Shown: one piece after another, positions 41,119-56,465 of the stretch | How the letters are laid out: every line of letters begins with the position of its first letter | Numbering within the stretch: the first letter of the stretch is position 1 | DNA from: Eledone cirrhosa | Lineage: Eukaryota | NCBI GenBank assembly: GCA_964016885.1 | Contig: OZ024747.1 | Span: 39,928,001-39,992,000, forward strand | DNA length: 64,000 nucleotides | Reading direction: 5' to 3' | Program-made: the position numbers and the translations under genes | Notes under the pieces: model-generated | Told to the model about the DNA's origin: nothing | Seen by the model: the letters and a program-made list of their open reading frames with translations, nothing else | Databases searched by the model: none

Positions 41119-43391
41119 GTATGTAAGAAAAAAGCAAAACCTTAGCTACCGAGGCAGCACCTCTGCGAGTTACGTTTATTGCTTATAGAAACATTGTGAT
41201 ATAAGTTTTCATTGTTTTATTATCAGTAACAAATGTCAGTTTTGTTTTTTGAAATCTTACACCCTATAAAATAGTTACCTCCATAAAAAAATATAATGCC
41301 ATTTTCAATTCCTCTGTCAATTACATCATCCTACTTCAGTTTTGCTTTCTAAATCTCGCAGGTGTTATGTAAAAATCACAACTCATCATTCATTGCCAAT
41401 TTCTTCTGAAATGATAATAAAGTTTTATCAACTTGCTCGTCATTAACTCACCTTTAAACGTAAATTCATTCACGACGAGGAAAGAGCTGATAGCAGTCAA
41501 ATAATATTCTACTATGTTAGAAGAGTTTGATGCCTTGTGATCATTGTTTCATTATGCCTGGGTAAATGAAGATAACAGGTTCCTTTGACTATATGAATGC
41601 TTACTCAGAATCGACCTGGTTCTAAGCAGAAACGCCGACTCGCTGAATGATTTTAAGGATGTGTATTTAAGCACCAATTCTCCAAACCTACACAGAAGCT
41701 CTACAGTAATTATAGTGAGGACTTTAGTTTGACTAATTTCGTGTGTCCACTCATGTTCACTCTTTACATTGTAAAGAAATATCCTTGCATATTTAGGTGT
41801 CTATTTAATTGAATCACAATTACAGAGGCCATATACATTATTCTCTCTTCGGGTTCGTTCTTTCAGTAAAGTGACTTTATTTTGATACACTATCGCTTTC
41901 ATAATTCATCTATCATATATTGAGATTTTATACTCTCAGCCATTGAGAGAATATATTTTCTGGTAGTCATAGTATATTTTCATTTTGTTCATTTCTTTGT
42001 TTTTCATGCTGCTTATTTATGGTTCAGCTAGCCTAAAAAAAGACACAACATCCCAATGCATTAAAAATGTAGCTGTATATTACTGACCATAATTATAACG
42101 TAGGTATTGGATGGGTTTAGTTTCATGCAGATGAAATGAGTATTCTTATAAACGAAATTAAATCAGAGAAAAAGATTCCCGTTGTTCTTCAGATTAGTGT
42201 AAATATATTTTCTGATTTCAAGTAGAAGAAAATAAAGATAGAAAATCTAGGTATTAGTGTAGTTGGAAAGGAACTAGAAATCAATACGATCGATATTGAT
42301 TGGCAATAAATTAACGATAATGTAATCCAATGGAAAAGAAAGTTTCTCATTGAAATGAACAGTTTAGTATTAGAGGTATGTTATAAGTAAAAGTAAGATA
42401 TTCTGTAAGTAAAAGTAAATGTAGGAGTATGTGGAGGTAATTGTCAAATCATTGAAAAAAGAAACTTTTTCATTCATTTATTTTTCTTCTTCAATAGAGG
42501 TATCGAGAATGACAATGTATATATTTATTTGCCACGGTCAAATGTAGGTATCCAGAGATGTATGATGTAACTATCCATGTATTTGTGAATAATGAATTTT
42601 TTCAATACCTAGACAAATATAGTAGATGAATATAGTAGAAGGTTCGACAGTTTAATCAGAAATGGGATTTTTTATGTTATGAGTGACTTCTGGCAACTAA
42701 TAGAGTGTACATTGGCAACCAACGCATATAAAATATCTTTCTTTCTTTCTTTTTTTTTTTACATTGAAAACTAGAATCCTAAATGATTTCGTGCATACAT
42801 TGGCTTTGAAATATGTTTAACTTTGGCATATTTTCCTTATCTGAAGACCCAAAAGTGACTCACAATCCTTAATAAAACTTGTTAATGTGAACATTCATTG
42901 CAGAGAGAGTGGAAAGTAAACACTTCAATATTTAGTGCAGTGAACTTGATTCCGTCACATAGGAATCTATTTTGATTATATTTTGTAATGTTTTCTATAA
43001 TCCTTCATATTTACATACTAAGACACACAAGCAAATAAATACGAAATCAGCATTAGAATCTCATACAGGCTCACAGCTGTGTGTACATTTCATATTTTGC
43101 CAGGTGCCTGCGTGTTTCAAGTGAACAAAAATCAGAACTCAGATTCGATTTTTAGTGTAAATCACTGTAAATGACTTTGCATAAGGGATCAAAGTCTACA
43201 TAACATTTTTCCATTTATAAATTAATGCCTGTAGCCATGCAAAGAAAACCCATACGCATGTTCATATGCATACATATGCACAGATATATGTATAAATATA
43301 TATGTATAAAGTTATAAAGATTCGTTGTATATATAAAGGTAAGTAACCGAGACTGCATCAATATATGATATATAGGCATACACACACACGC

Positions 43392-43429
<38 letters not shown>

Positions 43430-43444
43430 GCGTGTGTGTGTTTT

Positions 43445-43674
43445 TTTTCTTGTTTTACTTTTTTTTTTCTTTTTCTCTTTTCTTTTTCTTCTTCTTGATT
43501 GTCAGAATCATTAGAGCATTAAACAAAATGTCAGCTCTTTATGTTCTCAGTTCAAATCCCACCGAAGATAATTTTGCCCTTCATCCATCTGAGATCGACA
43601 AATAATTGACAAATATCAGTCAAAATCTGGGGACAATATAACCAACTTCTTTCCACCGAATTTGGTGGCCTTTT

Positions 43675-43678
<4 letters not shown>
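43445..43678 (+). repeat. Local duplicate of ~39620-39870 (pyrimidine flank plus old SINE)
   Basis: Shares the T/C-rich upstream flank and idiosyncratic SINE variants with the 39670 copy. Confidence 0.75.
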
Positions 43679-43741
<63 letters not shown>

Positions 43742-43746
<5 letters not shown>

Positions 43747-44295
43747 GGGTAATATTAATAATTTTCCAATTACCAGTAAGAGAGTAGCTGGTTGTAAAAT
43801 AACAAATATAATACAGAGACGGAATACTTTATAAATAACAATCAAAGAGCTTTTAATAACATTTAATTACTAACGATCGTTTCATCCAAGCATGAGGCTA
43901 ATTCATCGGAGTATAAATCAAAAGTTAGAACACAGATAATTTTGTTAAAGAACATTCCTGGGATACCATATATGGGAAGAAAGCTAAAACAATTGATATT
44001 AACATTGTTATACGAGAGGAAGGCAAGAAACACATGAAAAACATCATCATATAAATATGATTCTTAATCATATTTATATGATCATGCTTTTCATGTGCTT
44101 CTTGACTTCCTCTCATAAATGTATGTTAATATGAGCTTTCTTCCCATATATGGTATCGCAGGAATGTTCTTTAACAAAGTTATCTTTGTTCTAACTTTTG
44201 ATTTATAATCCGATGATTCCGGCGTTGTGCTTGGATAAAACGATCGTTAGTAATTACATGTTATAAAACACTCTTTGATTGTTATATATAAAGTA

Positions 44296-44296
<1 letters not shown>
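43742..44296 (-). mobile_element. (TA)n-flanked fold-back element, ~230-bp diverged arms, with a hammerhead-like motif
   Basis: Apex ~44063; RC of the left arm TACT-CCGATGA-attagcctcatgcttggat-GAAA-cgatcg-TT-AGTA; similar terminus at 63940-64000. Confidence 0.75.
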
Positions 44297-45300
<1,004 letters not shown>

Positions 45301-45304
<4 letters not shown>

Positions 45305-45490
45305 CGAAGGAAATGTGGTAAGGAACCAGGTGGACCATAACGCACCAAAGTACTCAATACTTAGGGTAGTAGAGTGGGTAATTAGCCGTCGAAACGGCTT
45401 GAGCTCAGCCGTCGGGGTCCTACTCCATCCTATTACCCACTCTACTACCCTAAGTATTGAGTACTTTGGTGCGTTATGGTCCACCTCGTT

Positions 45491-45494
<4 letters not shown>
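45301..45494. mobile_element. (TA)n-flanked fold-back element, family A copy 3
   Basis: Arms ~45321-45382 / 45432-45493 enclosing the hammerhead 3' half. Confidence 0.88.
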
Positions 45495-45548
<54 letters not shown>

Positions 45549-45605
45549 CCATATATACACGTATAGTAATAATAATAAATTCGAAGACTAGAATCCAAAG
45601 AGGGA

Positions 45606-45654
45606 GTTTCAGAAGATCCCGTTAATGGTGAAAGCAACGATTCTTTGCTTAAAC
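45606..45654 (+). ncRNA. Variant type-I hammerhead ribozyme in the family B module (45564-45672)
   Basis: GTTT-CAGAAGA-tCCcgttaatGGt-GAAA-GCAAcgattctTTGC-TT-AAAC. Confidence 0.65.
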
Positions 45655-46797
45655 TTTAATCTGTTATTTTAATATATATATATATATATAGAGAGAGAGA
45701 TATAGAGATATATATATGTATATGTATATTAATAAAATATAGGGCTAACCGACCTGGGATGTGCAGACCACATTAAGGCTGGTCGGCTCTGATGCAGATA
45801 AAATGAAGCAATCATATATGTATATACAAATACATACTTAAAAACCGACCAATTGAAGTGACAGAAAAGTAGATAATGACTAGATAATCAGGAGGTGAAA
45901 TTGGTTAATATGACAAGTCATTAAACTTGGTAATTTATCTAACTTAGCTTCAATGCCACAATGACCTTTCCGTATCCCTGTCTCCAATGTAGCAGCCTTG
46001 GATTTTCTGATGCCAAACAAAGATAATATATTAGTAAGGAGAAGTGATAACTTGCCAAGTTGAAATCTAAGATATTTATCGATATTTCGTTGCATTTTTG
46101 CTTGCATTAGAGTAATTGACTACCTGGCAATATATATATATATATATACCAAGAAACCCGCATCTATTTCTGGACAAGAGACTCAATCCAGGTCACTTAC
46201 GCCATATAAGTGAAGGAAATATCTATCGCATTTTGTGATAAAGTTGCTTGAGAGAGATTCCCATCCGGGATGAATTCAGTTCACATACTTTTAACACGAG
46301 GAAAGCATTGTTTCTACTTTTTTCTTTTCGTCTTGTTTCGTCTTTCCTTTTTCTTCCAATTCCTACTTTGATTTATTACTAATTATATATATGTATATTT
46401 CTTGCTTTGAGACAGAGTTCACCTTTAGAGAAATTAGACGGTAAAATTACGAGATCCAAATAGCTGCTCGTACAAATGTTCTAACGACTTTTGGAATAGC
46501 GTGCATAAGCTGGCTACAAACTTAAGAAAAGAAGCAATGCATGCGGAGGGGAAGTTTCTTGATATGAATGTATAATCTAATCTGTAATCGCTAACGATAT
46601 ATTGCGCTATGATATATCTCATCATGTCTGTGTTAAAGACAATATTTCCATAAATGAAGGTAAAATGGAAACTGGATATCTTATTCCATTCATCAGAATT
46701 GAACCAACGATGGACTATTTTCAGTTTGCTCCACTTGCTAGAAATAGTAGACAATGTTTACTCCTGAATGTCAAAAACGACATCGTGGATAAATAAT

Positions 46798-46977
46798 TGT
46801 TTCTACTTTTGGCACACGGCCATCAATTACCCAGTACATTACTGGTACTTTATTTTATCGACCCCCGTAAGGATGAAAGGCAAAGTTAACCTCAGCGGGA
46901 TTTGAACTCAGACCGCAAAGGGACGTAACTATGCTGGAAAACATGGCGTCCGACCCTCCACCGATACTGCCAATCCA
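46798..46977 (-). mobile_element. Meta-like tRNA SINE copy
   Basis: Reverse complement of the family; TSD ATAAATAAT. Confidence 0.9.
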
Positions 46978-47484
46978 TAAATAATGTTTAATGTCACTAT
47001 GTACAAAACATTTGGATATACTGTAACAAATATGATGATAGCTACTCTATGGCTAAACAACACAGGCATGTTGATAATGAGGTTAGTTTCTTGAAAACCA
47101 TGTAAACTATTTTACTGGTTTTCGTTATTTTCCTGCGTCGGAGAAATCCGTTACTGCATTTTATTTCATTCTATGAATGAACTATGGAGGAAATAATTCT
47201 GAAGAATGAAGTAGAAGTACGTGTTTGGAGCTATGATCGCAATGATAAATATTGTTTAGAATTATTAACATTTATACGCCACGTCTGATATATAATAATA
47301 TCGGTACTGCTATACAGTGTGATCGACACATTTAATGGTAAATGTTATGAAATTATGTTTACTTGGAACTGGCTGAACCCAAGGAAATTCGACAAAAACA
47401 AGATTATTTAACTCTCATATAATATCTATATATATCTAGATAAATATATTCAATATATGTATTAATATGGGGATATATATATGC

Positions 47485-47672
47485 AGTGTGGATTGGCAGT
47501 ATCGGTAGAGGGTCGGACGCCATGTTTTGACGCATAGAGTTACGGCCCTTGCCATTCTGAGTTCAAATCCAGCCGAGGTTAATTTTGCCTTTCATCCTTA
47601 CGGGGTCGATAAAATAAAGTACCAGTAATACTGGGTAATTGCTGGCCTTGTGCCAAAAGTAGAAACAATTAT
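47485..47672 (+). mobile_element. Meta-like tRNA SINE copy
   Basis: Same family. Confidence 0.9.
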
Positions 47673-48288
47673 ATTTATATTGTAATTCGAATGTCAGCTT
47701 GATTTTTACGTTCGTATCATTCACTCATCAAAAACTTTCTTTTCACTTTTCATAAATACGAGAATGCTTCAGTGCTATACACATTACCAATACAGTTAGG
47801 TACCATCATTCGAGATAGAAATTTAACTGATATTGAAATAAAAAACTAAAGTATATAAAGGTGTATTTTATATATTTTTTTTAAGAAACAGAAAACAATT
47901 TCTTCTTTAGTAATATATCTATTTCGTTGTAAAAATCAGACAATATCTAAATTCGTTTGGAAAACAGTGATAATTCACTTTCGAATATTTGAAAAATAAT
48001 GTTTATTCAATATAATTTTCAAAACACACGGACAGATCTGGTATGAAATCTAAAGAATTAACTTATAAAATAGAGTACATTATTTCAAAAGCTTTCTCAC
48101 ATAAAAAGTTTCTGATAAAAAGAGGAAACGAGAAGAGAAATTACTCATGCTGTAAAAATCCATCATGTAACGGAAATAGCGTCATTTCAAATTACGATAC
48201 ATCAATAAACAGAAGCGAGAAATCAAAAAGGATATTGTAGTATTAGTATAGTTATGTTGATATCAGTGACTAGTAATCCTATGGAGGG

Positions 48289-48360
<72 letters not shown>

Positions 48361-48868
48361 CATATGATATATATGCATATGATATATATATATATACATA
48401 CATATGATGTATATATATACATATGATATATATATATATGTGTGTAAATATATATATATACATATATATATGTATATGTATATATATGTATATATATATG
48501 TATATATATGTGTGTGTCTGTGTATATATGTATATATATATATATATATATACATATGGTGTATATATATATATGTGTGTAAATATATATATATACATAT
48601 GTATATGTATATATATGTATATATATATAGAGATATTCATATATATGTATATATATATATATGTATATATAAATGTGTGTGTGTGTGTGTGTGTATGTAT
48701 ATATAAATATATATGTATATATATATATATATGCATATATATATACATAAATATAGATCTATATATATATAGATGTATATATATATATGTATATATATAT
48801 ATTTATATATATATATATGTATATATATATATTTATATATGTATATATATAATTTATATATATATATT

Positions 48869-48912
<44 letters not shown>

Positions 48913-48927
48913 TGTATATATATATAT

Positions 48928-49139
<212 letters not shown>

Positions 49140-49297
49140 GAATTTGGCCGGAGTATCGCTAAAAAGCTTTCTCCGATATTGTATTTATTATATATATATA
49201 TACATATGTATATACATATATATTTAAATATATATATATATATACATATGTATACATATGTATAAACATATATATATAAATATATATATATATATAC

Positions 49298-49343
<46 letters not shown>

Positions 49344-49381
49344 GTATATACATATATATATATATACATATATATATATAC

Positions 49382-49428
<47 letters not shown>

Positions 49429-49762
49429 CATATATATATATATACATATGTATATACATATATATATATATATACATATGTATATATATATATATTTATA
49501 TATATGAATATATATATACATATTCTATGTCTTTTAAGACAAACAAACAAACAAAGTTATATATATGCATACATATAAATATGTATACACATACATACAT
49601 ACAAACATACAAATTTAAAAATACAGACATACATATATGTAAAAGACTTTGCAATGTAATTAGAAGTAAATTGTATTCTCAATTGGAAAACGTTTAAATG
49701 GATTTTTCAAGGGTCTAACTCTCTTCTATCATCACATTGCAATTTCTATTTCTATCCCCCCT

Positions 49763-49872
<110 letters not shown>

Positions 49873-49989
49873 GTGTGTGTGTGCGCGTGTGTGTGTGTAT
49901 ACAAACATACACAATACCCACCTACATACATACATGCATACATAGAAAGATATATAATGTCTGCAAATCGATTTCGAGTATCGCTTGAT

Positions 49990-50260
49990 ACTTAGGCATA
50001 GGTAGCATGGACTTAGACCTTTAGTCCTGCTAGAATCCTGCACAATCTTATTCAGATGTTGCAATGATATGGGCCTCCCGCAGTAGATATTACAATGTGA
50101 TATTGCCTTTTTCGATTACTGCCAGCCATGCGATGGAACGTAAAGAATGCAACATATCAAGCGATGCTTGTGATTGAACCTTTTTTAAGTGAGGAACGGC
50201 TTTGCGCGGAGACAATCCTACTCGCTGAACATCGAATGCATATTACCCAAAGACTAGAAT
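49990..50260 (-). pseudogene. Possible LINE (RTE-like) 3'-end relic with a degenerate C2H2-like motif
   Basis: RC reads '...NRKRQ...GPYHCNI*IRLCRILAGLKV*VH'. Confidence 0.35.
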
Positions 50261-50908
50261 AAGTCTACATCATTGGCTGCAAACCAAGTCACAGGTTTTA
50301 CATCAAAGTGACCTTCTACTAGAGAAATGAAAACTGGGAGTCTCTTGCTCCATTACCCTTCTCGAAAACAAAATCCTTTGACATGTGGTGGCAAACGCAA
50401 TGAAATTGAACAGAACTGTTCAATGACGTTTTGCAGAAAGTACATTCAGTTTCATTAGCACAAGAACTATATTTTACATAGTTATCCCGCCTGCTTCTAT
50501 TTTACCTTATTTAAACGTATTTTATTGGTTTAGTTTGTTTTTCAATTCAACGAAAACACACAAAAGGAACAAGTGAATTCGTCATACGTAAAATAAATTG
50601 CAGTGACTAAACATATAAACATGATTTTTGAAAAGTCAGCAAATTAAAAAAATCTTAAAAGACAGAATAACCTAGACATAAAGGTAGATACATCATAATG
50701 CCCTTCTCTTCAGGTAGTAAATTATGTTACGCATTAAATATAGTTTAAGGAAAATGTATCCGGCAGGGTATCCAAAATCACCCTCCTCATCAAGCAAGCT
50801 TGGTAGGGTTGCCGGTTTAGTCACCGACGACCCGATTATGCACAGGTTGTACTGGGTTACATGTTACCAGTAGCGCTGAAAAGTGACCTGACATTCATAC
50901 ATACATAC

Positions 50909-50939
<31 letters not shown>

Positions 50940-51030
50940 CGTACATACATACATACATACATACATACGATCATACATACATACATACATACATACATAC
51001 ATACATACATACATACATACACTCTTACTT

Positions 51031-53478
51031 ACATATTGGAGATATGTATGGGAAACGGATAACGGATTCAACAGAGAAACTAAATGGCTAAAAGAACTGG
51101 AAGAGGACTACTGCCAACATGTCCGGACAAAACAATATGACATAGATGGGTCAATACTGGAAACAACTCTATAGAAAATGTCGAATAGGAAATAATAGGC
51201 CCAGACCTCATAACAGGATACTGGTTGAAGAATTTCACTTTCTATCGGCAAGATCTCATACGTGTGTTTACAGAAACCATTAAAGGCACACAAGAACTGC
51301 CCAGATGGTTATCAACTGCCACTACTCTCCTCATTCCCCAAAATAGCCAAACCACCCTTGCTAAAAATTACCGCCCAATAGCCTGCCAAAACATCATGTA
51401 TAAATTATATACTGGGTGCCTTAACCTGTTTTTACAGGATCACTGTGCTACCAACAACATTATAACACCTGAGCAAGCTGGTGGAAAGAGGGAGGTGTGG
51501 GGTTGCATAGATCACCTACTAACTAATAAAATGATTCAAGAAAAAACAACAAAGAATCGCAGAAACATGACTGTGGTGTGGCTGGACTATCAAAAAGCAT
51601 TTGATAGTGTACCTCATGGGTGGATTGTTAAGGCTTTACAGTTAGCCAAGGTCCCACAACCACTGGTAGCTGCTGTTGAACGTCTGACCAAGAACTGGTA
51701 CACCACTTTGATCCTTAGAGGTGACAAGGAGTAAGTTAAGACTGATAAGATACATTACCAGAAGGGTATATTTCAGGGTGATAGTTTCTCAGTGCTACTC
51801 TTCGTTCTCTCACTAAATCCACTATCTTACCTCGGGAAACAAGGTGGACAAAAAAGTGGGTCCAGAAGTATCTCCCATCTTTTCTTTGTTAATGACCTGA
51901 AGTTGTATGGGCCAAATATCAATGACATCAAGAAATAATTGGACCTCATTGCACAATTTTCAACAGACATCAAAATGAAATTTGGTGAGTCCAAGTGTGC
52001 ATATTTGGCAGTAAAACGTGGAAGAGCTGTGCCCTCCTCTAGAAATCTAGAGATGAACGGCCTGACAATACAACCTCTTCAGTCAGGTGACAACTACAGA
52101 TATCGGACAGGATGAGAATGTCAGATATGATGGACCCATAAATAAGGAGAGAACCAGAACTGATTACCTCAGAAGAGTAAAGAAAATATGGTCACCAGAA
52201 CTGTCAGCGTACAAGTACATTGCCCACAATACTTATGCTGTGCCAATTCTAACGCCAACATTTGGCCTGTTGAACTGGTCATTGCAAGAACTAAGTGAGA
52301 TGGATGTTAGAACTCGAAAACTTCTCAGTGTTACTGGGAACTTTAACATCAATGGTGATGTGGATAGGCTATACTTCTCACGCAAGGAAGGTGGCCGGGG
52401 TCTAAAATCCATATTAACATCATATGAGACCCGGATAGTTGCACTGAAGCAACATCTTCAACAGAGGAAAAAGGTTGGCAACCATCTTGCCCAGGTTTAT
52501 GAGCATGAAGAAACAAATATCATTAGGATAGCCACTGATCTGGAGGAGAGATATGGAATAAAGCCTGATATAAATCTCTCACCCAGAGAAATCGGAAGAT
52601 CCTATTCAATGTTCAAACATGATAAAAAAAATTGACCAATTTACAGAAAAAGTTTTGCACGGATACTTGAGACGTAAAACAGACCATAGAGGGGATAAAC
52701 CACTCAAAAAGCCTGTCATGGAGTTCGGACAAATTTATGACATCACACCTTTAGGGATATCTCTATGCAATACAAGAACAAGAATTCCCTACCAAATATC
52801 TGCTTCACAAAAGAGGAGGGCCATCAGCTGACAATAAATGCGGGCTATGTAAAACAAAGATCGAAGATGTAAGCCCCATTGTTGCCAGCTGTGAAAGAAT
52901 GTCATCTCGCTACTACCTCCCCATGAGACACGATGTGATAGCTCGAACCACCTGGAACGCACTTCGGAAAACAAAATTGAAAACAAACGAGGAAGAATAT
53001 ATTGAGACAGATTGCACTAAGGAATACTGGTGGAACCTGAAAATAAAAACTGCCACCAAAGTAAAGCACAACCGCCTTGATATTGTTGTTTGGGACCACA
53101 ACGTGTTCTGTTGTGGAGATCAGCTGCCCACTTGATGTAAACATTGTCAGAAAAATACAAGAGAAGGACGACATCTACGGACCATTGATGAGGAGTTTAC
53201 AAATCCAGTATCTAAGATACACCTTTAGCTTCTTACCCATCATTATTGGAGCTACGGGTTATATACCAACCCGCTTGGACCAATGTATAACTGAACTTGG
53301 ATTTGCGGTCAAAGAGCGCAGCTCCCTAATTCATAGTCTACAAATGGCTGCGATAGCTGGCACTTCAAAATTTGCAAAACATTATTGCGATTCAAAGGAT
53401 GACAATTTCTTTTCTTTTACCTTGCTACCAGTAAGGTGGCCGGTCAAAAATATACTCGAAATTAAGAGAAAGAGATAA
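51031..53478 (+). mobile_element. 5'-truncated R4/Dong-clade non-LTR retrotransposon (RT + CCHC + restriction-like endonuclease), pseudogenised
   Basis: 'NYRPIACQNIMYKLYT...EQAGG...GCIDHLL...WLDYQKAFDSVPH', 'GIFQGDSFS', 'HLFFVNDLKLY', 'RLYFSRKEGGRGL', 'CGLCK...SC...RHDVIAR', 'HNRLDIVVWD...VEISCPLD...K'; flanked by (CATA)n. Confidence 0.9.
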
Positions 53479-54516
53479 CATACATATATACATACATTCG
53501 CGAATTCATTATCTATTTAGATTTTATGAGCACAGCATTTCTCAGTTTGCAATATATCTATCATGAGTCATCTGTAGGCGTCAGGACTTATGCCAACTTA
53601 CATTTGTACTTTCATCTGAAAAACAAAAGAATTAAATCTCGTCTTGATACATTTGTATAGTTTCAATTCAGTATTAAATTGCTTATTTTATATTTACAAA
53701 AACTAAGATGTTATGATTGGTCAAATTCTTTCTGCCACTTCATTTGAGTGTTATTTAAAGGCTTAATACCCACTTGAATCTCTATCGTAAGTTGTTGACT
53801 TAGCGCACGTTATTTGGAGAAATTTAATCGTTGTCACAATAGTCGTTCATATCCCTGCAAATGGAAGTCCATAATATAACGGTAAGCTAGATTAATGTCT
53901 TTTAATCCCATATAGAATTTAGGTTATTCCAGTAATAATTTAAAAATTTTAGAAGAACGATATTCAAACAATGTAAATGCAAGTAAAATCACTGCCTTAA
54001 ACAAAAGGTTGCTTGAAGCAACAGACACACGCACATGGTGTATCTCACACATACACACACACACACACACACATGGTGTATCAATATAGCATCATTATGT
54101 TCATCAACGTGTGACGCGAGTTTCACGATCGGTCGACTCATCGTACAAGCAGTATCTATCACAGCCGACTCTGGAATAGATAGTTCATTAGACTTTTGGA
54201 TTCCTTACTGACGGAATATATCTGTGTATATACATATTTATATATATATATCTGTATATATATCCATTAATAATAATATCTTCTTAATTCAGAAGCCTCA
54301 CATTTGGAAAGTGAATTGCCTATTAAAACTGAAACATTACAGCTCAAAACACTGACACACTCACTCACAGTCAAACACTCCTTATTCTTTCTAAACATCA
54401 TAGTATATATTTATTCATTACGTTTTCAAATAGAAGTTTTCAATCTCCATAGATATATTTGTTTGATAAAGCTAGAGCACAAGACCTCTAATTACTGCCA
54501 TATTTGATATTTACAG

Positions 54517-54564
54517 TATTCAGAGAATGGTGTGCTTGATAATGATTTAAATTCCTGGTCAGAG
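54517..54564 (+). CDS. Candidate 48-nt exon (phase 0: YSENGVLDNDLNSWSE)
   Basis: TATTTGATATTTACAG| open 16 codons |GTAAGT with consensus GAG|GTAAGT. Confidence 0.55.
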
Positions 54565-54656
54565 GTAAGTTTTCACTTCAACATTGCACTCTGGTGTTGG
54601 TTCAAATCAAATTTACATTTCAAATCTAACTAGTAGCTACTTCTCTTTTTATCTAT

Positions 54657-54693
<37 letters not shown>

Positions 54694-55425
54694 CTGAAAC
54701 TTGTATCTTCTACCTCAAACTAACTTAACCTCCACCTCTTGGTCCTGGACGACATAGATAATAGATTTTAATAGATCAAAGTTTGCTTTTCTACATAATC
54801 ATCTTTAAAATTGTGCTTTTTAAAGACACATAAATACATCCGTGAGTTTGTTTTTTAAGCCCAGATCAGTTTTGATCAATAAGACATGATCAAATCTGTT
54901 TATTTCATTCATATCTGTACATTTTCTCAAGTGTCGTGTTCTCAGGATTTATGAGACAACTTTCTAAGGAATTGGAGCTTGATTGGTGGTAAGATTTAAC
55001 GCTTGTTTCTATTTGAAGACAATATTATAAACATAGTATATCTTTACTTAAATATGTACATATATCATTATATCCTACTAAATATGTACATATATCAATA
55101 TATCCTACTAAAATCAGAATCATATTTACACCTGTAATGTTCAGGATAGTTTGAATATTCAATGTCCGGCACAATATATGTTTGTATATCTCCGTATGTG
55201 TGTATACACACAAACGCACCCCCCCCCACACACACACGCACACACACACACGTTTTTTCTTTCTCTCTCCCTCTCTCTATCCATCTGTTCGGTTTTGATT
55301 GTTGACATGTTTACACGTGTCGTAAAAACTCCTCTGTTCGCAATCTTTACGACACATTTCACCACTGTCGTAAAACACCTTTTGGATTATCACCCTTTCC
55401 CTTCTCCTTCTCACTTCCGGTTGCT

Positions 55426-55489
<64 letters not shown>

Positions 55490-55951
55490 ACGAGAGAGTC
55501 AACATGCCAATACCCTCTTCTCGTTAGCGCACCCTACCAGTCTTATGTCCATCAGGTTTGCTTAACTTACTTATCCTATTGTTTCATTGTTACTCATTTG
55601 CTTGTTTCTTTGTCCTGTGTCTTCCCACGATGGGATCTGTTCACCTGTTTTTCTCTTTTTTTCCCTTTTCTCTTTCTTCCTCTCTCATCACCACCTTTCC
55701 CCCTTTGTTTTTCTTCCTCTTTCCCTTCCTTTTTCTCTCCTTTTTCTCTTCTTTTCCTCCTGGCCTTTTGATTAAGAAGAAGCCTCGGGCGCACCCGATC
55801 GCTACAGATGTCCTGTAAATAAGCGGCGAAACATCTGGATCGCGGTTTTACAGCTGACGAAGGATTCTTTCTTTTCTCCTCTTGTTCCGTCCAAACAACC
55901 ATCCCAAACTTTGTTTTTAGTAACCACACAGCTCCTTTCGTTTCTTATCAT

Positions 55952-56076
<125 letters not shown>

Positions 56077-56240
56077 GAAAAAGAACAAAGGAACTATTAT
56101 GACATTATAACAAGTTTATTGCCGACAGCCGTTTCGCCTGACCATATAGTGGGACTTTTCAAGGCATATAACATGTGATTGTAAGATCATTATTTACATC
56201 AACGTATCACTCAAGACTAGAAGTGATACGTTGATGTAAA

Positions 56241-56399
56241 TAATTGTTTCTACTTTTGGCACAAGGCCAGCAATTATCCAGTACATTACTGGTACTTTAT
56301 TTTATCGACCCCATAAGGATGAAAGGCAAAGTTAACCTCGGCGGGATTTGAACTCAGAATGGCAAGGGCCGTAACTCTATGCGTCAAAGCATGGCGTCC
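56241..56399 (-). mobile_element. 5'-truncated Meta-like SINE
   Basis: Reverse complement of the family. Confidence 0.88.
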
Positions 56400-56418
56400 C
56401 TTACAATCACATGTTATA

Positions 56419-56465
56419 TGCCTTGAAAAGTCCCACTATATGGTCGGACGAAACGGCTGTCGGCA
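56419..56465 (+). ncRNA. Variant type-I hammerhead ribozyme
   Basis: TGCC-TTGAAAA-GTCC cactatatggtc GGAC-GAAA-cggctg-TC-GGCA. Confidence 0.72.

Noticed and set aside
42470-43170. Additional AG acceptors at ~42497 and ~43103 as exons
   Set aside because: In-frame stops in phase 0 and no good donor sites
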